Source: a virus
DNA: 64,000 nucleotides
Reading direction: 5' to 3' (one strand)
UHGV virus genome: UHGV-0066004
This document shows, one piece after another, positions 17,244 through 27,950 of the stretch. The notes beneath the pieces were generated by a model. It made no database searches and had not been told where the DNA came from. It saw nothing but the letters and a program-made list of their open reading frames with translations. A program made the translations under genes and the position numbers. The first letter of the stretch is position 1. Each line of letters begins with the position of its first letter.

Positions 17244-18596
17244 TTATTCGTAAGCCACTGTACCTTTCAAGTCAACATCCAAGATAGCCCCTGCTAAGAT
17301 ACCTGCGAAGGTAACATCTTTCAGGATACGAGCTTTCTTGTCTGCTAAAGCAACTTGAGAGGCTTTAGGAACATTAACTGTGTAAGATGACAGGAAGTTT
17401 CTGTTGACTGCTCTTTGCAGAGAGGTTTCAATGACTTGACGAATACGGGTAATACCAGTATCATCATAAGTAATCTTACCACCCTTCTGGTTAATTAGCA
17501 AGTCTCTCAGAGAAGTTTTCAGGTCTGATTCTAACCAGTCAACACCACGGACGATATCAATCCATTCCCCACCAGAAGTAATCCCTCTACGAACCACTGG
17601 AACACCACCATCAAGGTCAATAAAGTTACAGTGACGTACATCTAAAGCAGACTTCTGAATACTTGTCAGAGGTCTCTGATTAGATGGTTGTAGAGAAGCT
17701 GCTACACCAGTTAGCTGAGCATTACCCCAAGCAATTGAACCTGCATCATATGGAGCACCATAAGCAATGTATGCCATCTCTGGATAGTCTTCTGCTGCTG
17801 CGTGATGCCACAAGCAAACTGTACGAGTGTACATATTCTTAGCAAGCTGTGCTGGAACATCATTTGCACTGGCTAATTCTGTACCTTGCAGGGCTGTTAC
17901 ATCGGAGTTAGCTGTAAAGAAGATTTTCTTGCGAGCCTGAATCTCAGAAGCCATTGCTAAGACAAACTGTTGAGTTCTGTCTTCTGCTGCAATGAAATAC
18001 CAGTCAGTAGAATAAGCTTCGATAGCTGCCAGAGCAGTTGATGCTGTATCGGCAGTTGTACTTGCAATGTATACAGTCTGTGCTGTGGTTGTTACTTTCA
18101 CAAAGTCATTATCACCAGCTTTGGTAATAATCATTGTGGCAGAGCCATTGCTACCAGTTACATTCACAGAAACCTTATCTTTGATTGTTGGGTCAGCTTC
18201 AATCTGTGTTTTAAACTGTTGCAACACTACCTCAGCAGTGTCTGAGTCTTGTGCTGTGTACTGGTATGGTTGAGAAATTCCACCGCCAGCAGCTACAGTA
18301 ATTGAGTAGTCTGTACTTTCGGTAACGGCATCAGGAATTGATACAGTGTACTGCATAGCACGTCTACCAATATAAAGCTGAGTTACTTTAGGAGTCTGAC
18401 TCCAAAGTTGTTTAGCAGCCTTATATGCAGCAGAGTTTTCATCGAAATCTTCAGCAACTTCAGTTAAGGAAGTGTAACCACGGACTCTTTCTTCAAAGTT
18501 ATCTGTTGAAGCTAAGAATAGTGGCAAACCAAAACCTTCTCTTGTAGTTCCTGCGGTGTTCAATGTAATATCTACATTAACAATTGGATTCCACAT
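17244..18596 (-). CDS. tail sheath protein
   Basis: 450 aa upstream of tube and chaperones; size typical of contractile sheath. Confidence 0.7.
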   Translation of the reverse strand: MWNPIVNVDITLNTAGTTREGFGLPLFLASTDNFEERVRGYTSLTEVAEDFDENSAAYKAAKQLWSQTPKVTQLYIGRRAMQYTVSIPDAVTESTDYSITVAAGGGISQPYQYTAQDSDTAEVVLQQFKTQIEADPTIKDKVSVNVTGSNGSATMIITKAGDNDFVKVTTTAQTVYIASTTADTASTALAAIEAYSTDWYFIAAEDRTQQFVLAMASEIQARKKIFFTANSDVTALQGTELASANDVPAQLAKNMYTRTVCLWHHAAAEDYPEMAYIAYGAPYDAGSIAWGNAQLTGVAASLQPSNQRPLTSIQKSALDVRHCNFIDLDGGVPVVRRGITSGGEWIDIVRGVDWLESDLKTSLRDLLINQKGGKITYDDTGITRIRQVIETSLQRAVNRNFLSSYTVNVPKASQVALADKKARILKDVTFAGILAGAILDVDLKGTVAYE

Positions 18597-19196
18597 TTAT
18601 TTTACCCCTTTGGAGTCTACATCTAGATGGATAGTATATTCTGGTGGCTCTTGTCCTTCTTCATAAACTAACTCACCATCAACAATGACACGCTCAATAA
18701 TACTTCCACGTTCATCTTTCAGGACTGAGTTTTTTACAAGAGTTACAACAAGAGGTGCAGAATTTTCGAAATCTGTATTGAGATAAGTGTAATCATTTGG
18801 GATTGCTCCAGTGTCCAGTACTGTAGCTCCTGTTTCTTCAAGGATTAAATCTCTGACTGAACTCATCTCTAATCGTTGTTTAAGCTCAAGCATAATACTG
18901 TGAGCACCTTTACCATTTACCGTAATTAATACAGGAATCTGAAAAGCAATTCTGTAACAAACTACATCATCTTCAACAAACTTATCAAGAACCCAACCAT
19001 AAGGTGTTGCAGCATCTTGACAATATACGGTGATAAATGGCTGGTCAGGTTTTAAACCTTTGTCATTTGAGTTATCAGAAGGGTAAGCTCTAATTACGTT
19101 TGGTCTATTATTTTTATCACGAGCTAATCTGTGACCAATAACATCCACTAAGGTTCTAACTAGACCTTTTTCAAGTTCTGCTGTTTCTAACTGCAT
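18597..19196 (-). CDS. putative tail completion / neck protein
   Basis: 199 aa between head and tail modules. Confidence 0.5.
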   Translation of the reverse strand: MQLETAELEKGLVRTLVDVIGHRLARDKNNRPNVIRAYPSDNSNDKGLKPDQPFITVYCQDAATPYGWVLDKFVEDDVVCYRIAFQIPVLITVNGKGAHSIMLELKQRLEMSSVRDLILEETGATVLDTGAIPNDYTYLNTDFENSAPLVVTLVKNSVLKDERGSIIERVIVDGELVYEEGQEPPEYTIHLDVDSKGVK

Positions 19197-19572
19197 TCAG
19201 TTTATCCCTTCTAATAATGATATATTCATAATGGGACGTATGGGCTAATTGCTGTGACCAATCCATAGTCATAAATACTTCATACTCATGACCATCAATC
19301 ATAACAATATCAGACTCATTCCACTCTACATCATCTGAAGTTCTAAGTTTATATGTGGTATACAGGATTCTTGTATCGGTAAGCCTAATACCTTCCGGTA
19401 AAGCAATCTGTGTACCATTCTTTACAGAACCTTTGATATATGGCTGGATATTACCTTTACAGTTAACCTCTACAACATCTTGTGAAGCTACCCAATCACC
19501 ATCATCATTATAATAACCGTCTTCAGAGACTTTACGCTTTACTACAAAGCTGTGTCTGTTTAAGAGTCTCAT
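19171..19572 (-). CDS. putative head-tail joining protein
   Basis: 133 aa, overlapping starts/stops typical of neck genes. Confidence 0.5.
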   Translation of the reverse strand: MRLLNRHSFVVKRKVSEDGYYNDDGDWVASQDVVEVNCKGNIQPYIKGSVKNGTQIALPEGIRLTDTRILYTTYKLRTSDDVEWNESDIVMIDGHEYEVFMTMDWSQQLAHTSHYEYIIIRRDKLNAVRNSRT

Positions 19573-20051
19573 TTCTTAATACCCTTCTTAGTAGAAATTT
19601 TATAAGCAAGGTTATCCCTTAAGTCACCTGTCTCAACAAGAGGTGCATTAAAGCCTTTTTTCTTGACTGTGGAAGGTGCGTTAGGAGGGAGGATAGCAGA
19701 ATTACCAAAACCTCTTTTAATTACCTTTTGAGCATTCTTTGCAAATGCTTCTAAGGTATTTGAAGGGTCTGTGTTGAGACTGCTAAGTTGCTTATATAGA
19801 TTCTTCTTAGTCTGCTCTAACAAGGTCTGTCTGTTTAGCATCATAGTGATTTCAAACAACCTACGATATACTTTACCAGAAGCTGAAGGGATTCCAATAA
19901 CTTCTTGTAAATACATTAAAGCAGGATAAGAAAAACCAGAGCTATGTTGACCTTGTTCTTGAAAATACCCAACTTGAGCATTAGCCGTTTGCAAGTTCTT
20001 CATAGCCCCGACTAATTTTGCTCTAGCGGGGTGAATAACCCTTTTAACCAT
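19569..20051 (-). CDS. putative head-tail connector protein
   Basis: 160 aa. Confidence 0.5.
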   Translation of the reverse strand: MVKRVIHPARAKLVGAMKNLQTANAQVGYFQEQGQHSSGFSYPALMYLQEVIGIPSASGKVYRRLFEITMMLNRQTLLEQTKKNLYKQLSSLNTDPSNTLEAFAKNAQKVIKRGFGNSAILPPNAPSTVKKKGFNAPLVETGDLRDNLAYKISTKKGIKK

Positions 20052-20500
20052 TATTCATCTCGCTCGATAATAAATACGCCATTAACACGGTTGCAGTAAT
20101 CTCTGCCTTCGTATCTGGCAGCATCACCATATTCTGTGTATTTCTTGACAGAGCAAGGATTCTGACGACGCATGTCAATATCACACTGATTAATACCACC
20201 TGCATAGGGTAGTCCTGAAACAGAGCTTTTAACAAGGTCGTCATAAACAGCTTTCAGAGACTTGAATCTGGAAGAGTTACGTAAATAAACACCACCAACC
20301 TTCTCATCTCCCATCTTGGCTACTTGAAAGAGTAAATATTTAAGAGCTTTGATGGCTGCTTTCTTTTCATCCTTTCCAGATTCTAGGTAGAACCACTCTA
20401 GCACAGACTGTTCAATAAGAATTTCGTCATTATTGGTGTCTGTGCAGAGGATTCTTACTCTATCAAGAGGGTTATTGGCTGGGTCGCCTGTATAACACAT
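20051..20500 (-). CDS. putative head completion protein
   Basis: 149 aa directly after major capsid gene. Confidence 0.5.
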   Translation of the reverse strand: MCYTGDPANNPLDRVRILCTDTNNDEILIEQSVLEWFYLESGKDEKKAAIKALKYLLFQVAKMGDEKVGGVYLRNSSRFKSLKAVYDDLVKSSVSGLPYAGGINQCDIDMRRQNPCSVKKYTEYGDAARYEGRDYCNRVNGVFIIERDE

Positions 20501-20521
20501 TCATAACCCTCCTTAAGAATA

Positions 20522-21631
20522 TTAGTCTTTAGCGTCAGAACGAACATCTACCAGCAACTGAGGACGAGTACAGTATGGCAGCATGTAAGAGTGAGCTTCA
20601 AAGTCGATACCTTCGTCACGGTCTTTTTCGTATTCGAATACGTATAGTTCCTGACCAAGTGTATTCGCATAACCCATCTTAGGACATGGGCCATATGCCA
20701 CTTCGAAGATGTTGTTTGCTTCACCCAGCATAGAAACGTTAGGGAAAGCATGTCCTACACCTACAGTTCCATCCTGAGTAACACCATCAATGCTAACCAG
20801 AGTGTGAACTTTACCACGCTTGTCTTTGAACTTACCGTTGTACTGGACAAACTTAACACCACCGTAGTAGAAGGTGTTCATATGAGCCTGAACGCCGTCA
20901 GTACCACCAGTTCTCAGAGAACCAGTAATCTGTTGCCAAGCCAGTGGAGTCTGCTGTGCAAGATAAGCGTCACGAATCTTAGGATGCTTAACCAGTTTGC
21001 TGAAGAATACACGGTCAACAACTACGTGAATTTCTTCACCGTTGATTACAGTGCCAGTCTTAGCTTCGTCTTCCATGTGCATACGCAGTTCTTCAATAGA
21101 AGCGTCAATGTCAGCATTAGGGTTGTCAAGGTCGAAGTAAACAGTCTTCTTCTCAACGTCGAACTGCTTGTACAGGTCAGCATACAGAGTACCACGAGCA
21201 TCAACAACTTTACCCTTCAGAGCTTGCATAAACAAGAACTCACGAGTAATATCGAACTTGGTACGAATCTTCATCAGCTTCTTAGCACGTACTACAGCTT
21301 CAGTAGTCAGTTCGTTTGCAGTGCCTGGCTGACGTACACCCTGAATCTCATCAGGAGTAATGCTTTCAACTTCTTTGAAGTACATCATTGGGAAGCTGAT
21401 TTGACGAACACGCTCAGGTGCGCTAGTCTCTGCTTTACGGCTATCACGGTCTACCGCATCAAGCAAGCTAACATCCCAATCAGTCAAGTCCATAAGGAAA
21501 GTAGTTTGGGTGATTGGTGCTGAACGGAACAGACCTAAGTTGGAAATATACCCATAAGTATTTGGGATAGACTGGACTTCACCAGTCAGGTCAGCAAGGA
21601 AAAATCTGCTTTTTTCAGAATTAGTCAACAT
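20522..21631 (-). CDS. major capsid protein
   Basis: 369 aa; follows protease-scaffold and decoration genes in lambda-like order. Confidence 0.75.
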   Translation of the reverse strand: MLTNSEKSRFFLADLTGEVQSIPNTYGYISNLGLFRSAPITQTTFLMDLTDWDVSLLDAVDRDSRKAETSAPERVRQISFPMMYFKEVESITPDEIQGVRQPGTANELTTEAVVRAKKLMKIRTKFDITREFLFMQALKGKVVDARGTLYADLYKQFDVEKKTVYFDLDNPNADIDASIEELRMHMEDEAKTGTVINGEEIHVVVDRVFFSKLVKHPKIRDAYLAQQTPLAWQQITGSLRTGGTDGVQAHMNTFYYGGVKFVQYNGKFKDKRGKVHTLVSIDGVTQDGTVGVGHAFPNVSMLGEANNIFEVAYGPCPKMGYANTLGQELYVFEYEKDRDEGIDFEAHSYMLPYCTRPQLLVDVRSDAKD

Positions 21632-21664
21632 TGTAAAATTCTCCAGAATGTCTTATTATTGTTA

Positions 21665-22042
21665 TTACAGGCCAGTTGGTACGAAATCAATACCTTTAGC
21701 AGCCAGAGCTTTCTTGACTTCAGTAGCATCAACGCTTGATTCAAGAGTTAGCAGGTCTTTCAGTTCTGCATCACGGTGGATGCCTACTACTTTCAACTGA
21801 CCATGATAAGACAGTTGCAGGTCTGCGTAGAAATTAACGATACATACAGAGTCTGCTTGGGCTTCTTCTCCAGCTTGTACCTTAGTACCATCTGCTTTCA
21901 GAACTTCACCTACACGATACTCTGTAGATGCCTGTGGGGTGTACTCTTTACGAGAGTGGCCTGTTGGGGTAATCTGTTCCCAAAGAATGATATCATTCAG
22001 AGGTTCTCTGTTACCTAACTTAGTAAAACCTTGATATGCCAT
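21665..22042 (-). CDS. putative head decoration protein
   Basis: 125 aa between protease/scaffold and major capsid (lambda gpD position). Confidence 0.55.
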   Translation of the reverse strand: MAYQGFTKLGNREPLNDIILWEQITPTGHSRKEYTPQASTEYRVGEVLKADGTKVQAGEEAQADSVCIVNFYADLQLSYHGQLKVVGIHRDAELKDLLTLESSVDATEVKKALAAKGIDFVPTGL

Positions 22043-22053
22043 TATTGTGTTCC

Positions 22054-23400
22054 TTATTTGATAAGAGATTTTAGAGCATTCTGGAGAGCCAGTTTGCGTT
22101 GTTCAGCGGTGTCTTCGGAAGCATTCTTAGCTGGTTCTTTTTCTTCTTCAACCAAATCAGCTTCGCCGTCATTACCCATTTCTTCCATAGCATTAGAATG
22201 TTCAAGAACAGCACCAGCAGTTTCTTTCAGCTTGGTAATTTCTGATTCTTTTTCTTCCATTGCAGAAGCATGGGACGCGATAGTTTCATTAAGTTTCTGG
22301 TTAGCACCTTCCATAGCATTCATAAACAGAACGCTCAGAGGGTTATCAAGACCAGCACCTAAAATAGTCGTTGCAGCTTCTTTTGCATCAAACCCAAAAG
22401 CTTCAGCAGAAGTAGAAATCTTATTAGTCAAATCTGACAAAGCAGCTTCCTGTTCTTTAGCTTTCATTTGAGCAACCTGAAGACGCAAAGCTTCTAGTTC
22501 TTGCTTTTCTTGTTCAGTCATTTCTTCACCTGAATTGTTAACGTTTAAACTTACAGGAGCCTCTTCAGAACCTTGTAAGTAATTTAAGAAATCATCTTGA
22601 GACATGATTGAGTTAATTAAACCAAGTTCAAGAGCTTCCTGAGCAGAATAAACATTCGCCTCAGTATTCTTTACAGCTTCTTCAGAGAGATTACGAGATT
22701 CGGCTACAAAACCTGTAAAGGTTGCGTAGGTATCATTAATTCTCTTTTGAAGTCTTTCTTTGCTTTCTTCTGAGAGTGCTTGGAATGGTGAACCCATACC
22801 TTTAAACTCACCAGCTTTGATGACGTTAATTGTTACGCCATTCTTTTCAAATGCCTTAGTTAATTCCTGATGAACCATAATTACACCAATAGAACCAACA
22901 TCTGCATCTGGTGATGCAATAATTTCTTCAGCAGAAGATGCAAGAGCGTATGCAGCGGAACAAGCGAACTCATCTACATAAGCAATAATTTTCTTTTGGC
23001 CTCTTGAAGCCATAATGTGACGTGCTAATTCAAAGCAACCTGAAGCTTCACCACCACCGGAATCAATATGCAGAACGATAGTCTTAATTGACTCATCTGC
23101 TAAAGCTTCGTCAAAGCCTCTACGCAAACCTTCATAAGAGCTTAATCCACCTGTACACATTGCATCAATGAATGTCATACGATGGGTTAAACCACCCATA
23201 ATAGGGATAATAGCAATGTCATCTTTCACTTTTAAAAGACTTCTTGCTTCACCTTTGGGTTTATCAAAGTTTACTGCTGCTTGGACATCACCCAGCAATC
23301 TGTTATTCACATAAGTTGCTGCTGAGTGAGCTAATGATTCAGTGGCTAGTAAAGGTTGGTTGAATAATCTATCAGCAAGTCTGAAGATATTCGAACTCAT
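22054..23400 (-). CDS. head maturation protease with C-terminal scaffold-like domain
   Basis: 448 aa; N-terminal serine peptidase-like region (IVLHIDSGGGEASG, FACSAAYALA); C-terminal acidic helical tail. Confidence 0.75.
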   Translation of the reverse strand: MSSNIFRLADRLFNQPLLATESLAHSAATYVNNRLLGDVQAAVNFDKPKGEARSLLKVKDDIAIIPIMGGLTHRMTFIDAMCTGGLSSYEGLRRGFDEALADESIKTIVLHIDSGGGEASGCFELARHIMASRGQKKIIAYVDEFACSAAYALASSAEEIIASPDADVGSIGVIMVHQELTKAFEKNGVTINVIKAGEFKGMGSPFQALSEESKERLQKRINDTYATFTGFVAESRNLSEEAVKNTEANVYSAQEALELGLINSIMSQDDFLNYLQGSEEAPVSLNVNNSGEEMTEQEKQELEALRLQVAQMKAKEQEAALSDLTNKISTSAEAFGFDAKEAATTILGAGLDNPLSVLFMNAMEGANQKLNETIASHASAMEEKESEITKLKETAGAVLEHSNAMEEMGNDGEADLVEEEKEPAKNASEDTAEQRKLALQNALKSLIK

Positions 23401-23411
23401 TTTTACTCACC

Positions 23412-23744
23412 CTATTTGTTTAAATCTACAGAGACTGAAGAGATAACATAGATACCTTCTTCAGCAAAGAATTGAGGTTTGCTAAGAGCACCAGTTGCCA
23501 CGCATTTATCGTTAGCATCCCACAAGCTATAGTGTGAGACCGTTGCAGAAGCTGGAACAGTAATGCTAACTGTGTCTTCTGAGGCAATCAAGCCATTATC
23601 CGGTTCAGAAAAATAAATAGCCACTGGCTGAGTAACCTTATTTGCTGTAGGGTCTGCCGTTGGGTCTACATTGTGTAAAATAATAGTCGTTGGGGTTAGC
23701 GTGGCGAGGATTTTATTCTTACCATCAATAGTTAATGTTCCCAT
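23412..23744 (-). CDS. hypothetical head-module protein
   Basis: 110 aa. Confidence 0.5.
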   Translation of the reverse strand: MGTLTIDGKNKILATLTPTTIILHNVDPTADPTANKVTQPVAIYFSEPDNGLIASEDTVSITVPASATVSHYSLWDANDKCVATGALSKPQFFAEEGIYVISSVSVDLNK

Positions 23745-24244
23745 TAATTAAACCTTACTTTTTGTTTAAGGACTGTTGAATGGTTACCAGATTCATCTAC
23801 CACATTTACAATCATATCATATACTTTACCTTTGACAAGTACTTTGTAATCATTTTGTGAAAAAATGTATTCAAGTCTGTTTGTTTCTTTATTAACTGTC
23901 ATTGGAGATTGAAATGCAGTATCGAGGGTAATGAAAGCGGCTTCAATGCTATTAACATTGATACGTTTATTCTCGCAGTTATATAACTTTACACCCAAAA
24001 GGCATGAACTGTCAAATGGAATTTTAACAATTTCACTACAATTTCCTGAAATAAACGGTTTTCCACTCATTGGTGCATCAAGTAACCTGCAAATAGTGAA
24101 AACGTCAGAGACTCCACCATCACTAACATAACCTGAAAGGCTGACCCTTGAGCCAGCCTCTACAGATAACTTGTCAGTAATGATAAGGACACCCCTATAC
24201 GAATGCACTCGTGTAGCATTTGAAATAGAGATAACTTCAGCCAT
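23744..24244 (-). CDS. hypothetical head-module protein
   Basis: 166 aa, start/stop-coupled to portal. Confidence 0.5.
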   Translation of the reverse strand: MAEVISISNATRVHSYRGVLIITDKLSVEAGSRVSLSGYVSDGGVSDVFTICRLLDAPMSGKPFISGNCSEIVKIPFDSSCLLGVKLYNCENKRINVNSIEAAFITLDTAFQSPMTVNKETNRLEYIFSQNDYKVLVKGKVYDMIVNVVDESGNHSTVLKQKVRFN

Positions 24245-25719
24245 TATTTATTTGCCTTATTTGCTGTGCTTGGGTCTTTCGCTGAAGGTGTCTTTGCAGT
24301 ACCTTCTCCAGCGGTCTTATAACCATCTCCTGAGCGGCTTTGGCTATTTGGAGAAAGCTTTTCAGATACTGGCTGAGACTCATCAGCAGGAGGGAGACCA
24401 ATATGCTCTCTAAGTTTGTTAGATAGCTCTTTGTCAACTTCCAAAGCACCTACTGCAACAGTCTTCTGAATATAAGAACCAATTGCTTCAAGGTCTGGAG
24501 TTTCGATATCATCATAAGTGATTTGTACATGTTCTTCATCGTCCCACATATTAAGAGCATAAGTCTGTGCAACTAAATCACGGTTAATTACATTCTTAAT
24601 TTGCTTCAGTAGGATATCTACCGACATTGCTAGTAAGCTTGTCTTAGAATCTGCAAGAGAGAATGAACCATATTTTGACTGACCCATAGCAAGAACATCC
24701 GACATAAATGCCATCATGATTTGCTTGGAATATCTGTCAATGATAGAACCTGTATCATATGCTTTAGCACCCTGTCTAGAAACTAATGAGAACTCAAAGA
24801 TATCCTCTTTAGTATCTGGGTCGATATATCTAGGCCAGATTAAACCTGCTCTATCGTTAGCAATCATATCGTTAACAACAGTTTTGCAGTATTGTACGAA
24901 AGCTTTCTTTTCAGGTTCTGCATTTTCATCCAGATAATCTGGTGGTAAACCAATCTTTGGCATACCTACCAAGTCTCTTGAAACGCCAACAGCTTCGTAC
25001 TCTTCAATCTGAACTTTATACTTCCACGGTACATAAGCATTAAGTAATGGTGAACGACCTTCTGGGTTTCCATATTCATCGTCATACTTAAACAGCATGA
25101 ATTTAGCTCGTGGAAGTTTTCTTGTTAGCGGTCTTTCTCCAAGATTAATTGCTCCAGCAATATGTGAAACATTTCTCAGATTCTGTCTAACACCAGTAAC
25201 TTTTCTAAAGTCTTCGTCAAAATACCACTTATCAAGTGTTGATTGGTTTCTGATTGGTAATTTAGCCCATCCAATTAGACCATCATCAAATTTTGACTGG
25301 TACTTTCCTTTTTTACCCTGTCGCTTCTTATAAACTTTCTCGTTAACACAGAACCCATAAGTGCAGAATGACATTACAGAGTTAATAAAATCTGCCCAAT
25401 CATGCTCCATGTCATCCATTAAAGAATTAAAGAAGTCTGCTCTCTCAAGCATTTTAGGGTCTTGCTCTTTTCCCTTTGGAGGTACGAATCTCCAGTTGAC
25501 TTTTCTGACAAACATCTTAATAATATTTACAGATGCTGCTACAGCAGGGTCACGCATCATTAATTGGAAAGTTTTAATACTTTCAGGGAACCTTAGTGCC
25601 TGACGAGGTTCTTCATAGATTCTTCCATTCTTAACCTTCAGACCCAAAGAACCTACTTCACCCATTCTAAATGGTGGTAAGCTTTCTTGTGTTTCTGTAA
25701 TATCTGCCATTCTTCTCAC
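24244..25719 (-). CDS. portal protein
   Basis: 491 aa immediately downstream of large terminase. Confidence 0.75.
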   Translation of the reverse strand: MRRMADITETQESLPPFRMGEVGSLGLKVKNGRIYEEPRQALRFPESIKTFQLMMRDPAVAASVNIIKMFVRKVNWRFVPPKGKEQDPKMLERADFFNSLMDDMEHDWADFINSVMSFCTYGFCVNEKVYKKRQGKKGKYQSKFDDGLIGWAKLPIRNQSTLDKWYFDEDFRKVTGVRQNLRNVSHIAGAINLGERPLTRKLPRAKFMLFKYDDEYGNPEGRSPLLNAYVPWKYKVQIEEYEAVGVSRDLVGMPKIGLPPDYLDENAEPEKKAFVQYCKTVVNDMIANDRAGLIWPRYIDPDTKEDIFEFSLVSRQGAKAYDTGSIIDRYSKQIMMAFMSDVLAMGQSKYGSFSLADSKTSLLAMSVDILLKQIKNVINRDLVAQTYALNMWDDEEHVQITYDDIETPDLEAIGSYIQKTVAVGALEVDKELSNKLREHIGLPPADESQPVSEKLSPNSQSRSGDGYKTAGEGTAKTPSAKDPSTANKANK

Positions 25720-25726
25720 CTAGCTA

Positions 25727-27343
25727 TCAACGTCTAAGCCCCTCATACGGGTTTCCTCTCACTAAATCTGTGTGAGCACCCATTGATGGTGGCTTGAATA
25801 ATTTAACTTCGTTAAGACTGTTGAAAGCATCACTGGTAGCATCCACTTGGTCATCTTTAGTTTTGCCGTCACCACAAAAACCTTCAAGTTCTTGAAAGTA
25901 AGCTTCATTCCAACTACCTCTCAAGACTTTTACAAGTCCAGCTTCAGAAGCAGCAGAAAATCCCGCAAAGCGGGTAACTTTATCTTTATTTGTTGGTTTG
26001 GCTCTTGCTCGATAACCTTTCTCGGCAAGTTTCCTGATGAGGGATGTTGCGTAGGATTTACCAGCAGCGCCTGGGTCTTGAGGGATAAAAATACCAGTTC
26101 GCTTACCGTCACTTTCAGCAGTCAAATTAATTTGTGTTTCGACTCCAGAGGGTCTATCTCTAAATCTTACTACATCAATGATATAATAGCAACCGTCTTT
26201 TTTAGATTTACCCATCTTAACACCTGCTGTCCAGTCTGGATTAGGGTTAATCTCAGATGGTAAAGTTGCTGCTAAGTCCCATGCTCTAACATCAAATACA
26301 TCTTCTGGGAGTGAATCAACAACCTCACACCATTGCCTTTGCCAATAGTTTGAACCTTCTGCACGAGCCTTCCAGTTACCGAAACGAAGTCTTGCAACGT
26401 TTACAGGGGTGTTGTTTTCCAACTTACCACGGTACTTAGGTTCTAAGAAGTCAAGGATTGGGTTATCATCAATCGTACCAGAGATAAAGGTGTATGTTTG
26501 AGGAATCTCAAGAGGGAACATTTCAAGAATCTTGTCTCTCTCCCAATCAGAAACCATCACACCATCGTTCATTACATACCAACGAATACGACCACATTTT
26601 TCAGGGTCTGGATAGCCTTCTTCATCTAAGAATGGCTCTACCCAATCGTAAATAAAGTGGTCTCTGTCTGGGTTCATGGAAATCTTCATGTATGAATCAC
26701 CTTCAGCACCAGAACGTAGACGGGTTTGTAGGTATGAAATCTGTGAAGCAGAGAAGTGTGTACCTTCGTCAAAGTAAATAGCTGAGTATTCAATACCCTG
26801 ATGACCTTCAGCGTGCTTTTCAAGTTCTAGATAGGTAAACTTGATAGTTGCCCCAGAAGGGAATGTGATAGTCATCTTCTGCTCGTGAGGAACCCCACCA
26901 AACTTACCAAATAGTTTCTTTGCAGCAGGCCACAAACCACCTTGTAACTGTGTTGTATTTCGACGGAAATATACAGCGTTATAATTAGGGTCGTCAATAA
27001 ACCTTAAAGAGTCCATTAACAATGCAGCAGTCTTACCAGCACCCGCAGCACCACCATAGAGAACCAAGTCAGCATTAGTATTTAAAAAGACCTCTTGAGA
27101 ACCCGGCTGAGGGGCTACATAGTTCTTATCAGTCATCAATTTGAAGATAAGTCTAACTTGGTCTGGTGTGTATCTTAATAAAGTCAGAATTTGAGTTGGA
27201 AGGAATTTAGAGGGGTCTTTACCGAATGATTTGATAATTTCTTTTACTTCATCAGAAAGCCCCAACTCTCCAGCTAGGACTTTCCTAACATCTTCCACTC
27301 GCTTCTGCTTAACAGCATTTAAGTCCATTAAGCACCTCCGCAA
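25727..27343 (-). CDS. terminase large subunit
   Basis: 538 aa; Walker A-like LYGGAAGAGKT; followed by portal. Confidence 0.85.
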   Translation of the reverse strand: MRRCLMDLNAVKQKRVEDVRKVLAGELGLSDEVKEIIKSFGKDPSKFLPTQILTLLRYTPDQVRLIFKLMTDKNYVAPQPGSQEVFLNTNADLVLYGGAAGAGKTAALLMDSLRFIDDPNYNAVYFRRNTTQLQGGLWPAAKKLFGKFGGVPHEQKMTITFPSGATIKFTYLELEKHAEGHQGIEYSAIYFDEGTHFSASQISYLQTRLRSGAEGDSYMKISMNPDRDHFIYDWVEPFLDEEGYPDPEKCGRIRWYVMNDGVMVSDWERDKILEMFPLEIPQTYTFISGTIDDNPILDFLEPKYRGKLENNTPVNVARLRFGNWKARAEGSNYWQRQWCEVVDSLPEDVFDVRAWDLAATLPSEINPNPDWTAGVKMGKSKKDGCYYIIDVVRFRDRPSGVETQINLTAESDGKRTGIFIPQDPGAAGKSYATSLIRKLAEKGYRARAKPTNKDKVTRFAGFSAASEAGLVKVLRGSWNEAYFQELEGFCGDGKTKDDQVDATSDAFNSLNEVKLFKPPSMGAHTDLVRGNPYEGLRR

Positions 27344-27349
27344 ATAGAA

Positions 27350-27550
27350 TTATTCAGAGTCTGTAGCAGTCTCTTCTTTCTTAACTTCGAACTTTGCATC
27401 AACAGCATCAAGAAGTGCATCCATAGATGCTTCTTTAATATCAATGCCTGTTGCTACAGATAATCTGTCTGCAATTGCCATGATAGTATTCTGCATAAAT
27501 TCTAGCTTCTTGTTAGCTTCATAAAGTTCTTTATAAACGGTCTCGCTCAT
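27350..27550 (-). CDS. hypothetical small protein upstream of terminase
   Basis: 66 aa; too small to call small terminase with confidence. Confidence 0.4.
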   Translation of the reverse strand: MSETVYKELYEANKKLEFMQNTIMAIADRLSVATGIDIKEASMDALLDAVDAKFEVKKEETATDSE

Positions 27551-27775
27551 TATGTTTTCTCCAAATAATTAACCATGTTTCCCCTTAAAAAAGACGGCAC
27601 AGAGACCGTCAAGGAGAAACCACAATGTACGTCAGAGACATACTGTATAAGGCTTCCTATAAAGTATAACTCTGTAAAAAAGCCCTGTCTAAAAATACTC
27701 TTCGGTAGCGAAAGGAAGAATACTTATAGCAGGGCATTATTATTATTATTTTAATTGAGAGAGAGTAAAATAAAT

Positions 27776-27851
27776 TGGAGAATCCGAAGGGACTCGAACC
27801 CTTATAAACCTGTTTTGCAGACAGGCACATAGCCATTTCTGTCACGGATTC
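27776..27851 (-). tRNA. tRNA-Cys (GCA)
   Basis: manual cloverleaf; acceptor GAATCCG/CGGATTC, anticodon loop CTGCAAA, CCA encoded. Confidence 0.75.
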
Positions 27852-27855
27852 AAAT

Positions 27856-27948
27856 TGGAGGAAGATACCAGACTTGAACTGGTACACCGATTTCTCAGCT
27901 ACTGGCAGTTTAGCAAACTGCTCCCTTACCTTTTAGGGTTAATCTTCC
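27856..27948 (-). tRNA. tRNA-Ser (GCT), type II
   Basis: 93 nt with long variable arm; anticodon loop TTGCTAA. Confidence 0.7.
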
Positions 27949-27950
27949 AT

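Noticed and set aside
20750-21523. 257-aa plus-strand ORF
   Set aside because: Lies entirely antisense within the major capsid gene; low-complexity translation; no room for an independent gene
27350-27550. 66-aa ORF upstream of large terminase as small terminase subunit
   Set aside because: Too small and without recognisable DNA-binding features; kept only as a hypothetical small protein
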